In this document: in pieces, positions 1 to 11,008 of the stretch
Layout: every line of letters starts with the position of its first letter
How positions within the stretch are numbered: position 1 is the stretch's first letter
Source: Okamejei kenojei
Taxonomy: Eukaryota
DNA length: 64,000 bases
Assembly: GCA_035221665.1 (NCBI GenBank)
Contig: CM069164.1
Coordinates: 18,228,001 to 18,292,000 of the forward strand
Direction: 5' to 3'
Position numbers and translations under genes: made by a program
Notes under the pieces: model-generated
Databases searched by the model: none
Seen by the model: the letters and a program-made list of their open reading frames with translations, nothing else
What the model was told of the DNA's origin: nothing

Positions 1-366
1 AAACTTACAAAATTCTTAAGGGGTTGGACAGGCTAGATGCAGGAAGATTGTTCCCGATGTTGGGGAAGTCCAGGACAAGGGGTCATAAGGGAGAAATCCT
101 TTAAGACCGAGATGAGAAATACTTTTTTCACATAGAGAGTGGTGAGTCTCTGGAACTCTCTGCCACAGAGGGTAGTTGAGGCCAGTTCATTGGCTATATT
201 TAAGAGGGAGTTAGATGTGGCCCTTGTGGCTAAGGGGATCAGGGGGTATGGAGAGAAGGCAGGTACGGGATACTGAGTTGGATGATCAGCTATGATCATA
301 TTGAATGGCGGTGCAGGCTTGAAGGGCAGAATGGCCTACTTCTGCACCTAATTTCTATGTTTCTAT
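1..366 (+). mobile_element. CR1-clade (HER1-type) LINE 3' end
   Basis: Typical chondrichthyan CR1 3' region ending gaatggcctac..ctgcaccta.tttctatgtttcta; the same family occurs at 3343-3720 and 33975-34450. Confidence 0.85.
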
Positions 367-559
367 AATAAAGTAAAAACTAATTGCCTGGTCCAGTTTC
401 CACAAAGGACACATGGGCAGGTATCAGATTCAGGGAAATCTGATCATATTCATGATCAGAGCTATGTACTGATGCTTTCAAAACACTAGACTGATGCGTT
501 AAGTGCAGTAAAGTTCAGTACCAGAATAACAAGTACAGCAGGGTGGAAATCCTGAGTAT

Positions 560-1605
560 GGAGAGGGTTCCTGTGATGTGGAACACATCCTGCCTGGTTC
601 CTGTACCAAAGAGGACGGGCCCCAGCTCCTCCAATGACTACAGGCACTGACTTCACACATCATGAAGTCCCTGGAGAGGCTGATGCTCACTCACCTGCGA
701 CCCCTGGTTAAACCCTGCCTGGACCCTCTGAAGTTCGTTTACCAAACAAAGATGGGGTTTGAGGACGCCATCATCCACCTGCTCCATCGTTCCTATGCTC
801 ACCCCAATAAGCTGGGAAGCACTGCGAGTCGTGTTTTTTTTTACTTCTCCAGAGCTATGGAGCAAACGGATGCGGGTGGATGCTCCATTGGTGTCCTGGA
901 TCATCAGCTACCTGACTGGATGACAACAGTATGTACGTCAGGCTACAGAACTGTGTCTCGGACATGGTAGTGAGCAACACGGGGCTCCATAGGGGACGGT
1001 CCTTTGCCCCTTCCTGTTCACCATCTACACCTCGGACTTCAGATATAACACCGTCTCCTGCCACCTGCAGAAGTTTTCAGTTGACTCTGCAATTGTGGGC
1101 TGCATCAGTGAGGGGAGGGAAGCTGAATACAGAGGTGTAGTCTACGGCTTTGTCGAGTGGTGTGCGCTGAATCACCTACAGCTCAACACCGACAAGACTA
1201 AGGAGTTAGTGGTGGATTTTAGGAGGAGAGGAACACCCCTATCCCCTGCCTCCATCAATGGTGTGGATGTGCAGTTTACCAGGGAGTATAAATACCTTGG
1301 AGTGTACCTGGACAGTAAACTGGACTGGTTCAGGAATGCTGAGCCACTGTACAAGAAGGGACAAATCCGCCTGTACTTTTTGAGTGAGCTCCGCTCCTTC
1401 AACATCTGCAGTAAGCTGCTGCAGATGTTCTACCAATTGGTGGGAGCCAGTGCCATCTTCTTTGCTGCCATGTGCTGGGGCAGCAGGGCGAAGGATGCCA
1501 ATAGGATCAACAAACTCATCGGGAAGGCAGACTCCATCCTGGGGCGGGGTTGGAATCATGGGAGGTGTTCTTGGAGGGAGAATGCTCCTCAAACTGGAAG
1601 AGCCG
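560..1605 (+). mobile_element. Rex1/Babar-type LINE RT fragment (frameshifted)
   Basis: NDYR..LTSHIMKSLERL, EDAIIHLLH, WC..NHLQLNTDKTKELVVDFRR, YKYLGVYLDSKLDW, KKGQ.RLYFL..LRSFN. Confidence 0.85.
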
Positions 1606-2212
1606 TTTAAAAAAATCCCCAGGATAAAGGAGTCACTGTGCCTCCCTGCCTCAGTCAGTCTTCACCCTCCTTTCTGCATCTTTCAACTACAAGTCTGGTG
1701 GCTCAGCACTGCGCACCTTCATTAGCAAGCTCCCTGTGAAGGGCAAATTAACACGGAAGGCATGGACACTTCCCAACCTGAATCCAGGGATTGGTGGTCA
1801 ATGTGAGTCACACCTCTCTGGGAGAGTTTATCCCATCCCTGTGCTAATCAACTTTAAGGAATCTCCCTACACTTCAGGAGATAAGAGAAGGATTTAGCGC
1901 AAACTCTAAATCCAGATTTACTGTAATTGAAATGCGTCCAGCAATGCTGCCCAGCTGATGCCAGTATGGAAGGGTAATTATTATTAAAAATGTAAACGCT
2001 TCATGTGGAGGAGTGCAAGGTGTGGGAGCTGTTAATAAGCAATAAAACCAAACCACCTGCGGTGACACAGTTGCAGCTCCAGTGACAGCTCCTCACTGCC
2101 AGCTCCCTCATCTCCACAATCAGGGGTCAACTGCCCCACAAACCTTGGATTCGTATTCCACACATTGTTGTACAACAGAGAACCAGAGGAGAAACCAGCT
2201 GAATAAAACTTG

Positions 2213-3330
2213 CAGGAAGGAACTGCAGATGCTGGTTTACACCAAAGGTAGACACAAAAAGCTGGAGTAACTCAGCGGGTCAGGCAGCATCTCTGGAGGG
2301 AAGGACTGGGTGACAGAAGGATCTCGACCTGCTGAATTACTCTAGCAGTGTTAAAGAATGAACTGCAGATGCTGGAAAACCGAGGGTACACAAAATGCTG
2401 GAGAAACTCAGCGGGTCAGGCAGCATCTATGGAGCGAAGGGATGGGTGACAGAAGGGTCTCGACCTGCTGAATTACTCCAGCATTTGGATCTAAACATCA
2501 CCCATTCTTTCTCTCCAGAGATGCTGCCTGTCCCACTGAGTTACTCCAGCTTTTTTTTGGTGTCTATCGTTGAATGGGTGACGTTTCGGGTCGAGACCCT
2601 TCTTCGGACTGAGAATAAAACTTGTCTCGCGTGAAGCGGCCTGTAAATTAACACACAAAATATAAATTCAAGAAATGTGAAAGGTTGACTCAATTGTGGT
2701 CTGCTCTTCACTCACCTGTCCTCGCCCACCGTGAGCGCCGGACAACTGACCGGGGGCAAACCTCCACTGCATCCCGGGCGGAGGGCGATGATCACCGGAG
2801 TGGCCGGCAAGAAGAGGCGGCGGGTCGGCCAAGCCCGGCTCCCCGCCACCGGGATAGACACCAGCTACTGGAGTAAACTCAGCGGGATCTCTGGAGAAGT
2901 CTGAAGTAGGGTCTCTACCCGAAATGTCACCCATCCCTTCTCTCCAGAGATGCTGCCTGTCCCTCAGAGTTACTCCAGCATTGTGTGCCTATCTCCGGTG
3001 TAAACCAGCATCTGCAGTTCCTTCCCAATCCCACACTCCCGGCCCCGGGGGGAGTGGAGCATCATCACGTGGACACATCCCACCCACCGGCCCAGACTTG
3101 CCCCTTCGGCAGGTCTTTAACCGCGTCCTACAGCCGTTCATTGAAGCAGAGTGACGAATACGAAGCCATGGGGCACACGCCTCACGAATAAAGGACAAGA
3201 GGCAGATCATCGCAGAAAGGCCGAAGATAGACACAATGCTGGAGTAACTCAGCGAGACGGGCAGCGTGTCTGGGGAGAAGGAATGGGTGGCGTTTCGGGT
3301 CGAGACGCTTCTTCAGCAGAAGGATGGGGG
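2213..3330. repeat. Cluster of Penelope-derived short repeats in both orientations
   Basis: Repeated aactgcagatgctgg...ctggagtaactcagcgg..caggcagcatctctggag units with degenerate CTGAAGA..GAAACGTC cores at ~2576-2611, 2897-2932 and 3285-3318. Confidence 0.8.
2716..2860 (-). other. Candidate GC-rich non-coding exon ending at donor CAG|GTGAGT (intron starting 2715)
   Basis: Perfect donor consensus at the edge of a CpG-rich block lying between repeats; the 5' boundary is uncertain. Confidence 0.35.
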
Positions 3331-3342
3331 GGGGGGTCTTAT

Positions 3343-3720
3343 AGAAACATATACAATTATAAAAGGACTGGACAAGCTAGATGCAGGAAAAATGTTCCCA
3401 ATGTTGGGCGAGTCCAGAACCAGGGGCCACAGTCTTAAGAATAAAGGGGAGGTCATTTAAGACTGAGGTGAGAAAAAACTTTTTTACCCAGAGTTGTGAA
3501 TTTGTGGAATTCCCTGCCGCAGAGGACAATGGAAGCCAAATTACTGGATGGATTTAAGAGAGAGTTAGATACTCTAGGGGCTGGTGAAATCAAGGGATAT
3601 GGGGAGAAGGCAGGCACGGGTTATTGATTTGGGACGATCAGCCATGATCACAATGAATGGCGGTGCTGGCTCGAAAGGGCCGAATGGCCTCCTCCTGCGC
3701 CTATTTTCTATGTTTCTATG
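3343..3720 (+). mobile_element. CR1/HER1 LINE 3' fragment nested between halves of a Penelope-derived repeat
   Basis: LIETY.IIKGLDKLDAGKMFP...SRTRGHSLK; tail ttctatgtttctatg. Confidence 0.85.
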
Positions 3721-3989
3721 TCTCACCCATTCCTGCTCCCCAGAGACGCCGCCTGTCCCCGCTGAGTACCTCCAGCTATTTTGTGTCTATCTTCAGTTTA
3801 AACCAGCATCTATCTGCAGTTCCTTCCTACACATCACCGAAAGGCCGACAGGTATATCTGTCAGCATTTTAGCCCAGGGGCAAGCGTTTGGTGACACGTA
3901 CAGGTATAATGGAAAAAAACAGCTGGGGCAAGCGAGCAGCTGGGTCTGGATCCCGCGGTGCGCTCTGCAGCAGGATCCCCGACTCAAGC

Positions 3990-4530
3990 TGCTCAGAGTC
4001 TCCGGGATAAGGCGTCAGCGCCGGGGGACGGAGCGGCTGCCTGCCCGCGGGGTGTGAGAGGCGACGGGATCCGCGGCTCTCCGCCCACAGTCGTTCGCTC
4101 TCTGCCTTTCCCCATCACAGATGTCACCGGAAAACTTTTAACAAGGCACGGTCACAGAGACAAATAACTGCGGCAACGACTGAGAGTTGCCGTGAAAGCA
4201 GACTAACTGAAGCCTGCCTTTGCAAATAATCCGGAGCATGTCGTCATTTAAAGCCGGCATCCTTGCACTCACCGTGCCCGGGGCTGGTCTCCGTTCACTG
4301 GTCCCACGCGGAAACAAGCAGCTCGCCGAAAACTTGCATTTAAACGCACTTCGATTACTCTCACATCCTTCCTCTGTCAGAGTAACATCACTTCCCGTAA
4401 CCCGGCTCCGCCCCAGGAGAGGGTGCACCTCAGCGACAACGCGCTGTGAGTGAGTGAGTGAGTGAGTGAGTCTGCCTCGCCTGCCTCGCCCCTGCACCCA
4501 CACACCGAGCAGCGCCGTGCCGGCAACGTC
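3990..4530 (-). promoter_or_regulatory. CpG-rich promoter / candidate non-coding first exon (donor CACG|GTGAGT, intron starting 4272)
   Basis: CpG-rich, GC box ctccgcccc 4406-4414, ETS-like cacttccc 4389-4396, consensus minus-strand donor. By human synteny the next minus-strand gene would be RAB27A, but no coding exon is in the window. Confidence 0.45.
4447..4471 (+). repeat. (TGAG)n microsatellite
   Basis: tgagtgagtgagtgagtgagtgagt. Confidence 0.9.
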
Positions 4531-5336
4531 GACAACCTTCACGAGTCTTGTGTGCTCCAAAGTCTGGCCTGGTACCAAGCGCAGGTGCTTTAGTTTACGC
4601 CGGCCATGTTCCACAAGTGTTTGAAATGAGCCCTAGCTCTGGTGAATCGGAACCTGTTGCAACTGTTCACTCGTATCCGTGGCCGAGGCTGCGACATGGC
4701 AAAGTATGGAGCAATTCGGTATAAGGACAACGGGGTTATTTTTCTTACATCAGATAAACTCTCTCTTCAAAACCTGGATGCATCCACCGAATGTCAGTTC
4801 TCGCCACTCCCCAATCTCCTCACCTCTTTATCCCGACCATCTCTTTCACTCTAAAGAAGAATCCACCCCCACACAAAAGTCCAATTTCCCTCCATAGATG
4901 CTGCCTGATGAGTTTCCAGCGGGTTTGATTTTGCTCCAGTGCTTGCGGTCTCGGGTCTCTTTTTCTCAGACATCCTGAGCACCATTTATTCAACACGGGT
5001 TGGACAAATAGGAGTACTGAGAGAGAGAGAGAGGAGTCTCACTTCATTTTAGTTTAAGGAGGAATCAGACTTTCAGTCGGCAGTTTGCTGCCAAAGTTTC
5101 TCACATCTGCATCGGGCAATGAGTAGGCTGGCGCCCACCAGCAGGGATCGTGGTCCCCGCTGCACTGCAAGTTTACTCACACTCTCCGAGGCAGCTGACG
5201 AGGATATGCTGAGAGTGGGTGAAATCAGCTGAATGAGGCACAGAGTCGTCGCCATGGTTGTGGGTTGAAAGTGTGAAACAGTTGCCACTGAGCTCCTCCA
5301 GCGAAGCTGATATAATCACCAGGGCAGGCCACAGAT

Positions 5337-5390
5337 GGGGTGGGAGATTGCAACCTTCACGTGGTCCGCCCTGTTTCGACGAATGCAATC
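5337..5390 (+). ncRNA. HDV/CPEB3-like self-cleaving ribozyme (predicted)
   Basis: P1 GGGGTGG/CCGCCCT with G1-U wobble; P2 GATTGCA/TGCAATC; P3 ACC/GGT; L3 TTCACGT; P1.1 G5373; mini-P4 T-TTCG-A; J4/2 CGAA with predicted catalytic C5380. Confidence 0.8.
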
Positions 5391-5465
5391 TACCTGGCGT
5401 GCACAATCAAATAAGAACAAGTTGTTCTACAACTTTAGGCTGTGCACGCCATACGCGAGAAGAAA
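5337..5465 (+). mobile_element. Short non-autonomous retroposon, copy 1: 5' HDV-like ribozyme, structured 3' half, GAA-type tail
   Basis: 11-bp TSD AGGCCACAGAT at 5326-5336 and 5466-5476; homologous to 6169-6307 in the opposite orientation. Confidence 0.85.
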
Positions 5466-6168
5466 AGGCCACAGATCGCGACAGCACACTGCCATATTGT
5501 ATGTACCATGCTAACAGGAACTCCCAGCCCACCGACCACCTGGTGACCACTCATGGAGGGAAGTGAGATCTGCCGTTCAAGGTGTATGTCCGGGCCTCAT
5601 TAGTGCTCGCAAGATGCATCACCTCACATTTGTGTGGATTAAACCCCACCTATCATTCATAAATCCACTTCACCAACACATCAATATCACCCTGCCACCT
5701 GATACCTTCCACGTTGTCAATAACTCCACCAATCCTTGTATCATCAGCAAACTTACTGATTTGACACCTATTCACCTGCAACTGAGTTCAAAGCTTCTCC
5801 AACAGCTCTTCCTCCTATTTCCACAGGATCGGCACCAGTTAACACCTCCCTGCCCCGGCCAGAATGTCTTCTTGCTTTTACCATCTCCTTAGCTCTCAAC
5901 AGCTTCTCTCTGACTGCTGCCCCAGATCCTCTATTTGTAACTCCCACTCCTCATATAGTTTGGAGAACAAGAGCAAATGCAACACTGATATTAGTACTCA
6001 CTTTGAGAATAGCATTCATACAAAGATTGGTAGATATTCAACTCTTACAGCCACTTTGTCTTGCTGGAGACAGTGCAGTTGAGATTCACCAGCATGTGGT
6101 CTACTTCTGGGGCATTGATGGACTTGCAGTGATGTTTAATCCAAGTATTAAGTCTTTCCCACAGATCC

Positions 6169-6307
6169 TTCTTCTTCTTTCGTGTGGCATGCACAGCCTA
6201 AAGTTGTAGGACAACTTGTTCTATTTGATCTTCTGTTTGTGCAGGTCGAGTTGATTGCATTAGTCGAAACAGGGCGGACCACGTGAAGGTTGCAATCTTC
6301 CACCTCC
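6169..6307 (-). mobile_element. Short non-autonomous retroposon, copy 2, with (GAA)n tail
   Basis: 11-bp TSD CCCACAGATCC at 6158-6168 and 6308-6318; homologous to copy 1. Confidence 0.85.
6253..6306 (-). ncRNA. HDV/CPEB3-like ribozyme, second copy (predicted)
   Basis: GAGGTGG AA GATTGCA ACC TTCACGT GGT CCGCCCT G TTTCGA CTAA TGCAATC: same fold, one A-C mismatch in P1, J4/2 CTAA (C6263). Confidence 0.72.
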
Positions 6308-6539
6308 CCCACAGATCCCATCATCTGCAAATGTTGCCTGCACATCCATTGGTCTCACATCCTTTAATGAAAGTCTCTTCTTGTTGAGTGGCAGATATTA
6401 TGCACCCTGAAAGATTTAATGTTTAGACCTGCACCTTGCACAAAGTAACAGATGGAAACAGTCTGGGGGACAAGACCAATGATCACTTGTAAAGGCAGAT
6501 TCTGGTCAGAGATAGCCAGCCTGGCATTGTCAAAGGCAG

Positions 6540-7070
6540 ATCAGGTCTGACCAAACAGAGTGAATTCTTTGAAGAGGTGGCAAAGTGGATTGCTGCTGGA
6601 AATGTAGTAGATAAGGTTTTATATGGACCAGCCATCGACAAGCTCCCACTGGTCTAGAAGGTTAGGGCCCGTAGGATCCAGGGCCAGTTGGCAGCTAAAA
6701 TTGGTTGGCAATAGGAAATAGCGAGGGATGGTGGAAGATTGTTTTTGTGATTGGGCGGCCTATGACCAGATGGTCATGAATGGTGTTCTACTGTGATTGG
6801 TGCTGAGAGACTGGCTGTTTGTAATATATGTGAATGATTTGGATATGAATATAAGAGACATCATCATTGTTCACTCATGATACAAAGACTGATAAAGGTG
6901 TTGACACTGTTGAGGGTAGTCTCAGGCTACAGAGTGAAACGCATGTTGGTGAAATGGGTGAGAAATGGCAGATGGAATTTAATCCTGATCAATGTTAAGT
7001 GATGCATTTTTGATGGACAAATATTGGGCCCCATGGGTGGGGGCATTGAACACAAGAGCCATGAGGTTAC
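6540..7070 (+). mobile_element. Degraded CR1 RT fragment
   Basis: Recognisable remnants such as gaattctttgaagagg, aatgatttggat and tggcagatggaatttaatcctga. Confidence 0.65.
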
Positions 7071-8504
7071 ATTACATATGGCATATTACATATTGTAGAT
7101 TACATATGTGCTGAGCAATAACTGGTCACTTAAATTTCATTATTATTATAATGCACATGACACTTTCAATGCCTTGTAACTGTATTTTCTGACTGATGGC
7201 AGACCAATTTCCCTCGTTGTAACGTATCATATTGTATCATATTGTTACACTTCTGCATTTTCTCTGTAGCTGTAACATTGTAGTCTGCACTCCGTTTAAT
7301 TTCCTCTTCGCACTACCTGTTGTACTGGCGGATGGTTTAAATTGTACTCATCTACGATATGGTTTGACTCGATAACACACACATCGTTTTTCACTGTATT
7401 TCAGTACACATGACAGAATTCACTAAAATCGGTTACTAGGTTACAGGACATTTCAAAAACGATGCGTAACTGTGGAGATTAAAACATCTTGTGAAGTCAC
7501 TGACATGGCTCACTTAAATTTGTAAGACTGAAACAAAAGTATTTTACCAAGGGAACTGGCTGGCTTTTTATATTAGGGTTTGAGTGATTTTGTTGCATCA
7601 CAAATTCCTTCTGTGGTGAGCAGAGTGTCCTGTCCTCCATCTGCCTTGATACCTTCTATTAACAATGTTGGAGTTTATTTAAGGATGGTGCTATACTTGG
7701 TCAAATAATTACTGCTTATTAAATCAGTAGATGTACAGTTGTAGTATCCCAGGTGCAGATGCCCAGGCTGGAAACGTTTGCAATATAATGCTAACAAATC
7801 TGCAGATGCTGGTTTACAAAAAAAAGACCAAATGCTGGAGTAACTCAGCAGGTCAGGCTGCATCGATGATCATTAATAACCCATTATCTGTTATCTGTTA
7901 TTTGCACTTTATCAGTTTATTTATTCATGTGTGTATGTATTTATATAATGATATATGGACACACTGATCTGTTTTGTAGTAAATGCCTACTATGTTCTGT
8001 GTTCCAAAGCAAAGCAAGAATTGCATTGTCCTATCAGGGACACATGACAATAAACTCACTTGAACTTGAACATCTCTGGAGTTAGGATCCTCCTTCAGAC
8101 GGAAGAAGGGTCCTGACCCGGAACATCCCTATCCATGTTCTCCAAAGATGCTACCTGACCCTCTAAGGTACTCCAACACAATGAATATTAAAAGAATATG
8201 CCTCTTAGTATCCAATGGGTGAAACAGAGTAAACATGGATAAACTCTGAACTGCCGTAATGCAGTTGGCTCACCACAGCCGTCTTGAGGACAAATGAAAA
8301 TGGGGAGTAAATGCTGTTTCTTCCACCAATGTTCGCATCCCACAAAATGAATAAAAATTAATTAAAACATCTCAGTTAATAATGTTTATTTCATTACCAA
8401 AACATAACAATATTATTAACCACACTTTTTTTTAATACTTAAGCACAATGGAACCAAAGTACTACAGGTAAAGATATTCTAACTTCCACCAATAATCTCC
8501 TATG

Positions 8505-8725
8505 TTAGGTAGTTCAGTTATTACACCTCTGAGCCTCGCAGTAAAAGGTTAAATCCCACTCCAGAAATCAAACAACAACAAAATATTGGGGATGAGAGCA
8601 AAATTGAGGTTGTGATGCAAGATCAGAGGTGTTAGCTTTCAGTCGAGCTGTCAAACTGAGGTGCCATCTGTTTGCTCAGTTGAATATGATTATGTTTCTT
8701 TGAAGAAGTGAGCAGGAGGATTGTC
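8505..8725 (+). mobile_element. Old DeuSINE-like (SacSINE1/AmnSINE-type) remnant
   Basis: gaggtgttagctttcagtcgagctgtcaaactgaggtgccatctg...tttgaagaagtgagcagg resembles the Deu central domain as I recall it; heavily diverged. Confidence 0.4.
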
Positions 8726-8734
8726 AAGGGCAGG

Positions 8735-9500
8735 GTGTTAGATTTTCTCTACTAGGTCTTTAGCAAGGCCTTGGATAAAATCGTACATAGGTAAGGTGGT
8801 CTGGAAGGTTACAGCTATTGAGATCAAGATCGAATTAGCCAAGTCAAATGTACACAAAATTGGCATGGTGGAAGGAGTCAGAGGTTAGTGGATGGACTAT
8901 TTCAGATAGTAGGGCTATGCCTGTGTCATCTATGTTAATGACTTGGAGGAGAATGTAGGTGGCATGATTAGCATATCCGCAGCTGATGCAGATCTTTTCC
9001 CAGGTTGGCAAGTCTAAAACTAGAGAGCATAGGTTTAAGGTGAGAGGGGAAGGATTTAAATGATGGTGTGGTGGGCAATGAAAAAGGTTGACTACATGAT
9101 CTATATCAACTGGGAAATTATGCAAAGGAACATCAGATAGAGTTTAACTCAGACAAAAGTAAAGTGAAGCTATTTGGGAATTTAAACCAGGGAAGGAAAT
9201 ACACAGTGAATAATAGAGTCCTGGGGAAGTGTTGTAGAACTAAGAGACCTAGGACACAAATACATAGTTTCCTGAAATTGGTGCCGTAGGTAGACAGGGT
9301 GGTGAAGAATGCAATTGCCTTCATCTGCTGAGGCAATGAGTAGAAGAGTTGGGACATCTTGTTACAGTTGAACAAAACATCAGTCAGGTAACCCTCGCCC
9401 CTGCAGAGGAGATTAGAGAGCATCAGGTAGTTAGATGAATGAGAATACTTGGCCAACAGGCCTGTTTCCGCGCTGTATCTCTAAACTAAACTAAACTCAC
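8735..9500 (+). mobile_element. Rearranged CR1 fragments ending in a (CTAAA)n tail
   Basis: CR1 RT-like pieces, and ggcctgtttccgcgctgtatctctaaactaaactaaac, the tail shared with HE1 SINEs. Confidence 0.6.
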
Positions 9501-10164
9501 ATCCAGTCTCTGCTTTGTCTCCAAAGCTTTAGTCTGAAAAAGCGGGCAGGCATGTAATGTCATGTCAAAGGACAAAAGCCCTGCAGTTTGTATTGGTCAT
9601 TACCTCCCAATTAACAGTACAGGTGAAATACAATTAGGCATTTACATTGGACATCTCTCTGCAAATGAGAGTCACAACTGAAACTGATTAACCATAACAG
9701 CGCACTTGCAATCGCACTTCACTGGGAAATATCACATTAAACAGTATTAAAATAACTTTATAACTCCCCAATGACTCCTTGAGTTCCATCACTGAATCAC
9801 GAAGGATGTACAGCCTCTGGCATTTCCAATTCAATACCAGTTTGCACTAAATTAGCTGACTGCACTTACAACACGAGAGGCGATGAATTCAGAACTCCTG
9901 AACTACATGAAAAATAATCAGCTGTTGTTCCAGTGCCTCAATGAGTTGAGTTTTTAATCACAAAATGTGCTTTATAATAGTACGTTTCTATGATTACAAA
10001 TTGTGAACCTGCTTGTAAATTAAACAACCGGCTAACTCACCACATCTTGCTCATTCCTAATAGTTACTTGGATAAGGTACCAGAGGATGAGCAATAGCTA
10101 AGAAATTGCACCCCAAATGCATCACCGGGTCAAGAAAATGCCCTGTGACTTCCAGATGGTGATG

Positions 10165-11008
10165 GACTTGGAACTTGGACTTGGAAAACTTTATTGTCAT
10201 TCAGACCTTGCCGTCTGAACGAAATTTCGTTGCCTGCAGTCATACATAGAGTAAATAACAAAAACACACAATAAACACATATTTAACATCCACCACAGTG
10301 AGTCACCAGACACCTCCTCACTGTGTTGGAAGGCAAAAATCTTGTCTTTGTCTCTTCCCTTCTTCCTCTGCGCTGAGGTGACCCGGGCCTCCGATGTTGT
10401 GACCGCACCGGGTGATGTAAATAAGTCCCGTGGGTGAACCGCGCTCCGCAAGCGGGCCGGTTCAACTCCGCGGCCCGGGCGGTTAAAGCTGCCGAAGCTG
10501 CCGCCCTCCAGTCCAGCGGACGCAGCTGTTGCCGCGGGAGCTCCAGAAAAACAGATCACCAACCTGTGACCTGCGAGCTCCCGACGATGTCGTCCACTGG
10601 GCCCGCGGCCGGGCCTCCGAAGTCGCTGCTGCCGCCACCGGAAAGCCGCCACAGCTCCGAGTTGGAACGCCTGAACCCGCCGCAGCCCCGAAGTCGGCCA
10701 GCCCCGCGCTGGTAAGTCCTGGCTGCCTCTACCTCCGGAGCCTCGGGTCGGTCGCAGTTGGAGGTTCGAGGCCGCCAGCTCCGCGATAGGCCTCAGCGCA
10801 GACAGAGACGGAGACGGGGGATACGACAAGAAACGTCGCGTCCCCCCAAAAGAAAGAGACTAAGAACGTTTCTCCCACCCCTCCCACACGCATACACTAC
10901 ATAACAACTCAAACTAACGCTAAAAACAAGACAAGAAAACAACAAATAAAAAGAAAAACAGACGGACTGCAGGCGAGCCGCTGCTGCCAGGGCAGCGCCG
11001 CCACTCCC
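10165..11008 (-). mobile_element. GC-rich non-autonomous LINE-derived element with AATAAA and (TCCAAG)n-like tail
   Basis: Minus strand ends TGACAATAAAGTTTTCCAAGTCCAAGTTCCAAGTCC; sharp GC-rich body within AT-rich flanks; no RT homology in its ORFs. Confidence 0.55.

Noticed and set aside
2213-2620. Repeat-spacer appearance resembling a CRISPR array
   Set aside because: Eukaryotic context, irregular spacing, mixed orientation; these are Penelope-derived repeats.
10197-10829. 210-aa ORF and overlapping ORFs
   Set aside because: Low-complexity products of GC-rich repeat DNA; no domain recognisable.
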